DNA from: Candidatus Bathyarchaeota archaeon
GTDB lineage: Archaea; Thermoproteota; Bathyarchaeia; 40CM-2-53-6
Assembly: GCA_005883085.1 (NCBI GenBank)
Contig: VBAY01000033.1
Span: forward strand, 1-40,833
DNA: 40,833 bases
Direction of reading: 5' to 3'
In this document: piece after piece, positions 1-8,572 of the stretch
Position numbering within the stretch: position 1 is the first letter of the stretch
Layout: each line of letters opens with the position of its first letter
Position numbers and translations under genes: made by a program
Notes under the pieces: model-generated
The model's database searches: none
The model's input: the letters and a program-made list of their open reading frames with translations, nothing else
What the model was told of the DNA's origin: nothing

Positions 1-962
1 TTCTTCTTCAATCCCTCGATCAAGTGGTCTGTGATCTTGAGGACTCGGTGGGATCTTTCTGTCTGGTCGTGTTTCAACGCGAATTCGAGGGCTGCTTTGG
101 CGCCTACGATCGATATTACTCCCCAGCTTCCACCTTCAAACATTGTCGCGTCTGGCGCGGGTATCGTCTCTTCGATGTTGAACGGCTTTCCGAACAGATC
201 TTGTTGGCTCGTGAGCCTCCTTACAACCGAGTCTTGGACTCCATGCCAGCCGATATAGTTCGGGTCAAGCTCCTTCATTCTATCGCGTTTAGTGTAGACG
301 TAAGCTGCCCCGTGGGGTCCTTGCATCCACTTGTACATTCCACATACTAGCGCGTCGACTCCGTCTTGCCGAGCATCTATTGGAAAGACGCCTAGAGCGT
401 GGAACGAGTCAGCGATGACAAACGCACCATGTTCGTGCGCGATCTTTGTGATCTCTCGAATTTTCTCTCGACAGCCGTTGGTCCAGGAGACGTAGTCGAC
501 TGAGACGATCGAGGTGTCGTCGTCGATTGCTTTCTCCCACTGTTCGAGTGGGATGGTGCCGTTATTGTCGCGGTGGAGCAGGCGGACGTCCTTGGCTCGT
601 CCGTGTTTTTTCTGGAGGTGCCACAAGTAGATGTTGGTTGGAAAGTTGAGTTCGCTGATAACGATGTTGCCTTTTGGTTTGTAGTTGATGCTGCTGGCCA
701 GGCTGATGAGCGCGCTGGTGACGTTTGGGACGGACGCTATCTCGTCGAGGGGGACTCCACCGATCATCTTTCCAAATTGCCGGCGTGATTCGATGATGAG
801 TGGCAGCCATTCTTCCCAGTTCTCGCCATACTCTCGCCAGTCAGCCATGAACTCGTTAATCGCGTTGAGCACCGGTATGGACGGCGGACCAGTTCCTGCA
901 TTATCAAAGTAGGCGCGTCGGGAGGTGACGGGTATCTGTTTTCTTACAAGGTCGATATTCAA
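1..962 (-). CDS. Aminotransferase class V / cysteine desulfurase-like PLP enzyme (runs off the window start; absent from the ORF track)
   Basis: Manual translation from TTG at 962: MNIDLVRKQIPVTSRRAYFDNAGTGP...LNFPTN...ADSFHALG...CGMYKWMQGPHG. These are fold-type-I class V motifs including the PLP lysine. Confidence 0.85.
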   Translation of the reverse strand, partial: MNIDLVRKQIPVTSRRAYFDNAGTGPPSIPVLNAINEFMADWREYGENWEEWLPLIIESRRQFGKMIGGVPLDEIASVPNVTSALISLASSINYKPKGNIVISELNFPTNIYLWHLQKKHGRAKDVRLLHRDNNGTIPLEQWEKAIDDDTSIVSVDYVSWTNGCREKIREITKIAHEHGAFVIADSFHALGVFPIDARQDGVDALVCGMYKWMQGPHGAAYVYTKRDRMKELDPNYIGWHGVQDSVVRRLTSQQDLFGKPFNIEETIPAPDATMFEGGSWGVISIVGAKAALEFALKHDQTERSHRVLKITDHLIEGLKK

Positions 963-1017
963 AGAGACACCGAGATTTGTCGAAGTTCATTTGGCCAGGC
1001 TGAGTATAAAGGAAATG

Positions 1018-1296
1018 CTAGGCGGTGTGGAAGCGCTGGACGCCTGTTTCGGCGATGCAGTTCTTGCACCAGAACTGGTTTCTTTCGGGGCTGTATTGGG
1101 CGTGGCTGTCGGTTACTATGCTTCCGCAGTTTCCACATCGGACGATGAAGACTTTACGCATCTTGTGATGTGAAAGGTCTTTCTTGTGTCGTTCCACGTC
1201 GCCGTCCCCTGGTTCTAGGACCATGTTGCAATTTTCACAGTAGTAGATTGTTTCGAGGATTGCCTTGTCGCGTTCGTCTACCCAGTTCTCAGCCAT
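1018..1296 (-). CDS. Small Cys/His-rich putative zinc-binding protein (92 aa)
   Basis: CENC...H...HH, CGNC...H and CKNC motifs. GGAGG Shine-Dalgarno-like sequence just upstream of the ATG. Confidence 0.8.
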   Translation of the reverse strand: MAENWVDERDKAILETIYYCENCNMVLEPGDGDVERHKKDLSHHKMRKVFIVRCGNCGSIVTDSHAQYSPERNQFWCKNCIAETGVQRFHTA

Positions 1297-1542
1297 GGCC
1301 GCGATCGTCCTCCTTAATAGAAGTGGTTTGATCGTGCTTGTTTTCGCCGTTCTACTCTAGATGCTTCCTTCCCTGTTTATATAGAATCCACGATGGAGGA
1401 ATCAGGTTTCTAGCGGCCGAGATTGCTCGATTCGTTGCCGTTCTGGCGCAATTTTGGCTAGGAATTTATGGTCGCTCTTATCGCGAAGCAAGGTTCACAA
1501 TACCCGTTCGTAGGTATAGAGGGAAACTAGGAGTCGGGGAAA

Positions 1543-2631
1543 GTGGGTCTTCCAGAGAAGATTAAGCAGATCGAGGAGGAGATGAAGAAGACCCAGATCA
1601 ACAAAAAAACCGAACACCACCTTGGGCTTCTCAAGGCTAAACTCGCCCGCCTGCGCGAAGAGCTGGAAACTTCAACCTCGAAAGGTGGAGGCCCGGCTTT
1701 CGAGATCCGCAAGGGTGGAGATGCAACGGTTGTTCTCATCGGCCTGCCTAGCGTTGGCAAGTCGACCATTCTGAACCGGTTGACGAATGCGAAGTCGAAA
1801 GTCGCAGCATACGCCTTCACAACTCTCACGGTTGTTCCGGGGATTCTGCGTCTCAATGGAGCTGACATTCAGATTCTGGATCTTCCAGGAATCATCAGTG
1901 GCGCGTCTTCGGGACGGGGCAGGGGAAGGAGAGTTCTCTCCGTCGCACGAAACGCGGACCTGGTCCTGCTGGTCTTGGACGTGTTTCAACCGGGGCAGGT
2001 GCAGTTGTTGAAGAATGAGCTTCATGCGATGGGTATTCGGATCGACCAGAAACCTCCTGACGTGATTGTCACGAGGGGGAGTAAGGGAGGCCTAGCTCTG
2101 ACCACGAGTGTCAAGCTTACGAAACTAACTCCGGCAACCGTCAAGGGAATAGTCGAAGCGTACGGGATTAGTAATGGCGGCATTTTGGTACGAGAAGATG
2201 TCACAGATGAACAATTGATTGATGTCTTGACCGGAAACCGGAGATATGCTCGCTCGTTAGTTGTTCTGAACAAGGTGGACCTAGTGAATGAGCAATATCT
2301 TGCGGCTGCGAAGAAACAGATGGGGAGCGATTTCGTGCCCATATCCGCCGAGAAGGGATTGAACATGGACCTTCTCGCCGAAAAAATCTGGGACACCCTC
2401 AATTTCATCCGAATCTATCTGAAGCGTCCTGACGGTGATGCAGACTTCGAGAAACCTCTGATTCTTCCAGCTGGCTCGACTTTGCGGGATGTTTGCAAAA
2501 AGATAAGCCCCAGATTTGTCGAGGGGGCCAAGTACGCTTTTGTTTCAGGGTCCAGTGTAAAATTCACTGGTCAGCGCGTGAGTCTTGACCATATTCCGGC
2601 TGACAAGGATGTCGTCACCATCATGCGTTAA
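1543..2631 (+). CDS. drg: DRG/OBG-family GTP-binding protein with C-terminal TGS domain
   Basis: N-terminal TQINKKTEHHLGLLKAKLA; G1 GLPSVGKS; YAFTT; G3 DLPG; G4 NKVD; TGS-like tail. Confidence 0.95.
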   Translation: MGLPEKIKQIEEEMKKTQINKKTEHHLGLLKAKLARLREELETSTSKGGGPAFEIRKGGDATVVLIGLPSVGKSTILNRLTNAKSKVAAYAFTTLTVVPGILRLNGADIQILDLPGIISGASSGRGRGRRVLSVARNADLVLLVLDVFQPGQVQLLKNELHAMGIRIDQKPPDVIVTRGSKGGLALTTSVKLTKLTPATVKGIVEAYGISNGGILVREDVTDEQLIDVLTGNRRYARSLVVLNKVDLVNEQYLAAAKKQMGSDFVPISAEKGLNMDLLAEKIWDTLNFIRIYLKRPDGDADFEKPLILPAGSTLRDVCKKISPRFVEGAKYAFVSGSSVKFTGQRVSLDHIPADKDVVTIMR

Positions 2632-2645
2632 GCTGAGCGAGAGAC

Positions 2646-4043
2646 TCAGCGACCAAGACTGAATTCTTCGTGAATCGCCCTCACCGCATCTGGGCCTTCG
2701 TCGTGAGATACTACGAAGGAAACGTTGTACTCGGAGGAGCCTTGCGCGACCATACGGACATTCACTTTTCGTTTCGCGACCGCCGTAAATATTCTAGCAG
2801 CCACTCCTGGGGTTCCCTTCATTCCGGATCCAACGACAGCAATGATGCAGGCATCCTTCGCATCGGCTATTCTATCCACAAATCCCTGCCCCATCAACGC
2901 CAATTGAAGAGCCCTAACGGCGCGATCAACGTCTCTATTCGCAACAACACATGATATAGTGGCTTCAGAAGAACCCTGAGATATCATCATCACGTTGACA
3001 TTGTTTGAACCGAGTGTCTGGAAGACTTTTGCAGCTACTCCGGGAGCGCCCATCATCCCGCTCCCGCTTACGGTCACTATGCCTACGTCCCTGATGATTG
3101 AAACAGCTTTCACCACCTTGCCTCCATTATGAGACTCAGTGGCTGACACGAGAGTCCCATTCTGACTTGGGTGGGACGAGTTCCTGATCCGAACCGGGAT
3201 TTTCTTCTGTTCTGCAGGCTGCAGCGCCCGAGGATGCATCATCTTGGCTCCGAAATAGGACAATTCTAGCGCCTCACCGAACGAAATGCTCGGGAGAAGA
3301 ACGGCGTCCTTGACGATTCTAGGGTCGGCGGTCATTAACCCGTCCACGTCAGTCCATATCCATATCTCGTCTGCTCCCAATGCAGCCGCTAGCAGTGTGG
3401 CGGTGTAGTCAGATCCTCCTCGTCCTAGGGTTGTAATGCTTCCGTCGACTGTGGCAGCAATGAACCCTGTTACCACCGGAATCACTTTGCGACTCCAAAA
3501 AGGGTCCAGCCGTTGCTGGACTTGGTGGTAGCTGATCTCTATGAGGGGCTTTGCCTCTCCGAAATTGTCATCTGTTGCAATCCCGGCTTCAGCACCAGTT
3601 AGTGCCTGGCTTCTTAGGCCGATCGTCGAAAGTGTCGCTGCGAGAATCGGAGCGGACAGTCTCTCGCCGAAGGAGAGTAGATAGTCGCGGCTCCGGGACG
3701 TAAGTTCTCTGAGGTGCGCAATTCCCTCTACTGTCCGCTCAAGTTCGGAGTTGAGCTGTTCTATTTTTGCTAGGAGTTCTCTGGTCTCTTTCCTACCCGC
3801 AACCATGCGTGCGATCTTGAGATGGGATAGTTGAATCTTGGAGAGGAGTTTTCTTGCTCGTCGTAGATCTCCTTTCTTCGCGAGTTCCGCGGTCTCGGTG
3901 AGTTGGTCTGTTGTATCTCCAATCGCAGAGGCTACAACAACAACCTTGTTCTTGGGAGAGTATCGTTGGATTATTATTGCTGCATTCTTCATTCTTGCGG
4001 CGTTTGCGAGCGATGTGCCTCCGAACTTCATAACGAGCTTCAA
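2646..4043 (-). CDS. lysC: Aspartate kinase with two ACT domains
   Basis: VMKFGGTS, TTLGRGGSDYTA and IWTDVDG motifs; ACT repeats GMMGAPGVAAKVF and GMKGTPGVAARIF. Confidence 0.96.
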   Translation of the reverse strand: MKLVMKFGGTSLANAARMKNAAIIIQRYSPKNKVVVVASAIGDTTDQLTETAELAKKGDLRRARKLLSKIQLSHLKIARMVAGRKETRELLAKIEQLNSELERTVEGIAHLRELTSRSRDYLLSFGERLSAPILAATLSTIGLRSQALTGAEAGIATDDNFGEAKPLIEISYHQVQQRLDPFWSRKVIPVVTGFIAATVDGSITTLGRGGSDYTATLLAAALGADEIWIWTDVDGLMTADPRIVKDAVLLPSISFGEALELSYFGAKMMHPRALQPAEQKKIPVRIRNSSHPSQNGTLVSATESHNGGKVVKAVSIIRDVGIVTVSGSGMMGAPGVAAKVFQTLGSNNVNVMMISQGSSEATISCVVANRDVDRAVRALQLALMGQGFVDRIADAKDACIIAVVGSGMKGTPGVAARIFTAVAKRKVNVRMVAQGSSEYNVSFVVSHDEGPDAVRAIHEEFSLGR

Positions 4044-4053
4044 TATTGTTCCT

Positions 4054-5070
4054 CTATGCCGCGTATTCTTGGCGTATACTGACGAGGTCTCGAACTATTG
4101 CGCTAGCCGTTCTCTCGCCTCCGGCGCCAGGCCCGATGAGGGTTATGTCACCGGCGTGCTCCGTCGAGAATGTGAGCGCATTCAGGGTGTCTGGAACGCA
4201 TGTGGGGTCCTCGGTGGGAACTTCTTCTGGAGCTACGGAGGCGGAAGATTCTTCGATTCTGCCAAGAAGTTTGATTTTGGCCCCTGAGGCTTTGGCTTGT
4301 TTGAGTTTCTGCGGTGTGACCTTAGTGATGCCCGTTATGTCCAGGTTTCGAAGACTGTACCTTTTTTTCAGAACCCAGTTTGCGATTATTACGATCTTCG
4401 CGGCGGTATCAAATCCTTCGACGTCATTTGTAGGATCTTTTTCCGCATACCCTTTCTTCTGTGCCTCTGCCAGAGCTTTCTCGAAAGTCAGGGAAGCAGT
4501 TTCCATTCTAGTAAGGATATAATTTGTTGTTCCGTTGAGGATCCCTCTAACTCGTACGATTCTCTCTCCAGGCATACATTTGGCAGCGAAATCGAGGAAT
4601 GGCGTTCCTCCACCTACTGTTCCGCTGAAACGAAGCTGTCGGTGGCGGTGATTGGCTAGTTCGAGCAGCGCGGGCATTGCCAGTGCCAGAGGGCCCTTGT
4701 TCGCTGTGACCACGTGCTTTCCGCTGGCGAGCGCAGTTTTGATATTGGAGAGCCCGGGTTCTGCGTCTTTGAAGTTGCTGGGCGTTGTCTCAACAACAAC
4801 TTCCGCTTCACTGTTAGAGATTATGTGAGCGCTATCGCTGTTCCGGCGGCCCTTTCGTGGATACTTGCCGATCGTTCCATATTCTTTCTTTGTTTTCAGT
4901 GCTAGCGAGATGTCGAGGCCTGCGTCGTCGGAGCAGGACCCTTGACTGTCGACAATGGTGGTAACTTGAGGACGGAATCCGTAAGCTTGCACGATTCGGT
5001 CCGCGTCTTGTTGAAGAACCTCTGCGAGAGCTTGGCCGACGGTTCCGAAGCCGGCCAGTATGATTCTCAA
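4054..5070 (-). CDS. hom: Homoserine dehydrogenase
   Basis: GFGTVG Rossmann motif, HVVTANKGP, GILNGTTNYIL, DVEGFDTAAK, GPGAG. Confidence 0.96.
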   Translation of the reverse strand: MRIILAGFGTVGQALAEVLQQDADRIVQAYGFRPQVTTIVDSQGSCSDDAGLDISLALKTKKEYGTIGKYPRKGRRNSDSAHIISNSEAEVVVETTPSNFKDAEPGLSNIKTALASGKHVVTANKGPLALAMPALLELANHRHRQLRFSGTVGGGTPFLDFAAKCMPGERIVRVRGILNGTTNYILTRMETASLTFEKALAEAQKKGYAEKDPTNDVEGFDTAAKIVIIANWVLKKRYSLRNLDITGITKVTPQKLKQAKASGAKIKLLGRIEESSASVAPEEVPTEDPTCVPDTLNALTFSTEHAGDITLIGPGAGGERTASAIVRDLVSIRQEYAA

Positions 5071-6296
5071 AGGACCCGCTCGAGGGTGTCTAGGCTAGTT
5101 CGGTCAGTAATTTCGAGGTTGTAACCAGTCTGGGATTTGGACAGGCGGTCCAGAATCGAGGGGTCTTTCAGACCATGGCCTGTCGTCACGCACACAATGG
5201 CTTCCGATGGATCGACCCTCCTGTTCGCCTTGAGCTTCTTTAGTCCCGCGATGGAGGCGGCGCTTGCTGGTTCTACAAAAATTCCCTCGAGGGTTGCAAG
5301 TTGTCTCTGAGCCTCGAGGATTTCAGAATCGGTTACTGTTTCGGCAGTTCCCTTCGATTCTTTTATGGCCTTGAGGACTTTGGGCCAGTTTACTGGAGAT
5401 CCTATCCTGATTGCGGTCGCGATTGTTTGCGGATTGTGAACTGGGCGAATCTTGTTCTCTCTTCTTTTCACAGCTTTCGCGATCGGTGAGGCCTTCTCTG
5501 CCTGAATCCCGATCATTCGGGGCCTCGTCTTTGCGATCGATAGTTGTTGGAACTCGGTGAAGCCTTTCCAAGCGGCGCTGATGTTGCCTCCATTTCCGAC
5601 AGGCAGTATTACAGTGTCGGGTGTTTTCGAGTCAAGCTGGTCAGAGATCTCGAAGGCAAGGGTCTTTTGTCCTTCGAGTCTGTATGGGTTGAGGGAATTC
5701 ATCAAGTAGAGTTCTCTCCTCCGTTTCGTTAGCTCCAGAGCTGTTACGAAGGCTTGATCAAAGTCTCCCTTGACCTGAATTATCTTGGCTCCATGCATTG
5801 TAACTTGGAGCATCTTGCCACCTGCGACCTTTCCCTTCGGGACGAGAACTATGCATTCCATGCCAGCTCGCGCCGAGTAAGCAGCTAGCGAAGCCGCCGT
5901 GTTCCCGGTTGACGCGCAGAGAACTTTCTTCTTTCCGAGCTCCTTCGCTTTTGAGATTGCAACTGTCATTCCTCGGTCTTTGAAAGAGCCAGTTGGGTTT
6001 TCACCTTCGTTCTTGACATAGAGTTTCTGGAGGCCGAGTTCGCGTCCAAGGCGCCTGCACCTATGGAGCCCTGTTCCTCCTTCAGCGAGGCTCACAATAG
6101 ATTCTTCATTTTCGATGGGGAGGATCTCTCTGTACTTCCACACTGAGAGTTGTCTGTGGTCCCAAGCTGGTTTCTTCTTTCCCTTGAGATCGAACTTTAC
6201 TTCTAGTAGTCCACCGCAGATCGTGCACCGGAAATCGGCTTCACTGGCCGCGGGTTCTCTTTGACAGTCGAAGCACTGGAGCTTGTGGTGCAACAA
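5067..6296 (-). CDS. thrC: Threonine synthase with N-terminal zinc ribbon
   Basis: NPTGSFKDRG PLP lysine, ASTGNT, PVGNGGN, EPASA, TGHGLKD. 4-bp overlap with hom. Confidence 0.96.
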   Translation of the reverse strand: MLHHKLQCFDCQREPAASEADFRCTICGGLLEVKFDLKGKKKPAWDHRQLSVWKYREILPIENEESIVSLAEGGTGLHRCRRLGRELGLQKLYVKNEGENPTGSFKDRGMTVAISKAKELGKKKVLCASTGNTAASLAAYSARAGMECIVLVPKGKVAGGKMLQVTMHGAKIIQVKGDFDQAFVTALELTKRRRELYLMNSLNPYRLEGQKTLAFEISDQLDSKTPDTVILPVGNGGNISAAWKGFTEFQQLSIAKTRPRMIGIQAEKASPIAKAVKRRENKIRPVHNPQTIATAIRIGSPVNWPKVLKAIKESKGTAETVTDSEILEAQRQLATLEGIFVEPASAASIAGLKKLKANRRVDPSEAIVCVTTGHGLKDPSILDRLSKSQTGYNLEITDRTSLDTLERVL

Positions 6297-6301
6297 TTGG
6301 A

Positions 6302-7252
6302 CTAGTTGCCCCTGATGATGCGGGCTCCGCCGGCCGGGCTAGTTACGAAGAAAGTGGATTCAACGTTATTCTTCGAGAATTCTTTCACCATTACTCTTCC
6401 GATCTTCTTGGGGTCCTGCTTGGTTTTGTCGACGAATGCAACTACACTGGGACCCGCACCGCTGATCGCGGCCCCGCTTGCATGTGCGCTAAGCGCTGCC
6501 TTCTTGACCATTTTGTAGCCCGGGACAAGTTTCTCTCTTCGGGGTTCTGCAATTGCATCTTCCATTCCGCTCCCGATCAGTTCGATATCTCCTCTTGCAA
6601 AGCCTAGGGCGATGGCTGATGCTCGTCCGATATTGAGAACCGCCTCCTTGACCCCGATCGTCTTCGGAACCAACTTCCTAGCGAGGCTTGTTTTGTTTTT
6701 TGGAAGCCGAATATTCGGGGAGACGACAACAACGGAGAGCTTGGCTGGCGCTCTTGTGGAGATGGTTCTCAAAGGGTCCCCGTAAGCTATTACGAATCCC
6801 CCGAGCAAGGATGCGCTTACGTTGTCTGTATGGGCTGACCCTGAAGAAGCGGCCTCTCCGAGACTGGCAATCTTGACCAATTCATCGGGGGGAAGATGGA
6901 GCTCTAGGAGGTGGTTCATTGCGTGCGTGCATGCTGCGGCCGTTGCGCCGCTGCTGCCAAGACCTAGACCGGGCGGAATATTCTTCTCGATAGTTATCTC
7001 AACACCGTTGTCCAGTCTGCTCCTATCAAGTAATGCTCGGGCTGGGGGACCAGCAGAATTCTTGTCGGGGGAAATCGGCAGCCCCCTGCCGTAGGGTCCT
7101 AGGATCATGATCTTGACAATTCGTGTTCTCGCAGTTTTGACCTGAACTCGGTCGGCATATTTGCCGAGTGCTAGTCCGAAAGCGTCGAATCCGGCTCCAA
7201 GATTGGCTGTGGAACAGTACGCCTCGACCTTCACTGCTTTGTCAGGGATCAA
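6302..7252 (-). CDS. thrB: Homoserine kinase
   Basis: STANLGAGFD, GHMP motif PPGLGLGSSGA, HTDNV, ISGAGPS. Confidence 0.95.
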   Translation of the reverse strand: MIPDKAVKVEAYCSTANLGAGFDAFGLALGKYADRVQVKTARTRIVKIMILGPYGRGLPISPDKNSAGPPARALLDRSRLDNGVEITIEKNIPPGLGLGSSGATAAACTHAMNHLLELHLPPDELVKIASLGEAASSGSAHTDNVSASLLGGFVIAYGDPLRTISTRAPAKLSVVVVSPNIRLPKNKTSLARKLVPKTIGVKEAVLNIGRASAIALGFARGDIELIGSGMEDAIAEPRREKLVPGYKMVKKAALSAHASGAAISGAGPSVVAFVDKTKQDPKKIGRVMVKEFSKNNVESTFFVTSPAGGARIIRGN

Positions 7253-7434
7253 CGGTCGAATTTCTCAACTGAGATTCCGCCTTTCGTTCGATAATAACTG
7301 GCCTCGTACCAATGTCTCAATTTCGGCTGACAGGGAAAGCTTTCAGAATCGCCCATTTTCGGCGATGATCTCGGTTCTAGGAACTCTTCCCTAGATTTCC
7401 TAGCAAATCGTTCTTGACGCCTGCTAGATTCACC

Positions 7435-7571
7435 TTGGCATCCAAGCCCAGACCACGCCCTGAATCCTGAGACCCGTCCATAATCACCCGCAGATGCCAG
7501 ATATTCAACGGGGGAGGGGGGTCTTAGCGATCGCGCCTCGCGACGCAAGAGTGGCGAAGCTGATACCCCCC
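7435..7571. repeat. Dispersed intergenic element, copy A, ending in a long GGGGGGT...ACCCCCC hairpin
   Basis: Shares an exact 18-mer CCTCGCGACGCAAGAGTG (7536-7553), a G-run at identical spacing and an upstream gapless block (38/52 identities by hand count) with 23200-23330. Confidence 0.8.
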
Positions 7572-7744
7572 AGAATTGGTTTAGGCAGGCATTCGTGGTC
7601 ATGACCAATAGACCATTATCGTGACACATAACTGTGTACTTCTCCGAAAGTCGTTTCGTAGCGAAAGCTGACTTTACAGCCAAGCTCGCATGCTCTACGC
7701 ATGAAACTACAGTATACCCAACCATCCGTTTTTCTTGTAGACGC

Positions 7745-8500
7745 TCAGATCATTTTGAAATCTGTTTGTGGAATGTCCGCTCGTAGAACTGCTCCTGAGC
7801 TTCCGTCCAGAAGCCCGTTATAGCTTCGGCCCTTGTATTCGTAAGTGCTGAACCAGATCGGTGCGTGAATGTACGTCGGCCTATCAACCTTGAAATCGGT
7901 ATCGAAGGACGTTATTTGGTCCACTTCTTGTTTAGCCAAGAACCTCTGGTTCGCCTCGACCTCATCCCTAGCGCGCTGAACTGCCTCCTCAATAGTCATC
8001 TCGCTGTTGAGGAAGTTCGCTCCCGAATCTATTCTCTTGAAATCGAAAGGAATCTTCCCGATATTCGGGATACTGTACTCCCGTGTCGGAAACTGCGCTC
8101 CCTTTCTTCCCAATACTAGCCAATCATAATCTCGGTCGATCACACCCTTTCTAGGCGAAGGCGGTGAAATCCTCTCTAGCACTCCTTCGTAGCTGCTCGC
8201 TGCTTGGACAGGAACCAACCAGAATGGAAGATACCGCAACTCCAACGTCAAAATCTTGCTCTTCTTCGCGAGATCTCCAGGCTTCATGAATCCCTCCCTC
8301 ATCCAGTCGCGAAGAGCGTTTTCGATACTCGCAGCGTTGTTATTGTTGATGATGAGACTGTGTTCTAGCTGGAACGGTTGATCCGCCCCAACAACCGCAG
8401 TATAGCCGCAGTAGCGGCAAGTCGAAACGATCTCTCCAGGGTTAATACTGAGAGGCGCGCCACAATTCTCGCATTCTATTTCCGAAACAATGTCCGCCAC
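7745..8500 (-). CDS. Zinc-ribbon protein, YdjG-like (partner type of SPFH proteins)
   Basis: N-terminal CENCGAPL...CRYCG; YLPFWL and HAPIW...Y..GRSY...LDGSSG motifs resemble the B. subtilis YdjG family (family call from recall). Confidence 0.7.
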   Translation of the reverse strand: MADIVSEIECENCGAPLSINPGEIVSTCRYCGYTAVVGADQPFQLEHSLIINNNNAASIENALRDWMREGFMKPGDLAKKSKILTLELRYLPFWLVPVQAASSYEGVLERISPPSPRKGVIDRDYDWLVLGRKGAQFPTREYSIPNIGKIPFDFKRIDSGANFLNSEMTIEEAVQRARDEVEANQRFLAKQEVDQITSFDTDFKVDRPTYIHAPIWFSTYEYKGRSYNGLLDGSSGAVLRADIPQTDFKMI

Positions 8501-8572
8501 TGTCTCTCCCCGATTGTTCTAGGAATGAATTAATGAAGGCCGAATTAAGCTCTCTAGACCAAGGAAGCTGAA

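Noticed and set aside
24..1173. Plus-strand ORFs at the window start, and the many other short antisense ORFs in the track
   Set aside because: They are shadows of well-supported genes on the opposite strand or in another frame.
7249..7725. 158-aa ORF overlapping the thrB start, sharing LLRRE...PP with the 74-aa ORF at 23190-23414
   Set aside because: The shared peptide comes from the DNA repeat. The 5-bp indel breaks frame equivalence between copies, and there is no recognisable domain or Thr-rich leader.
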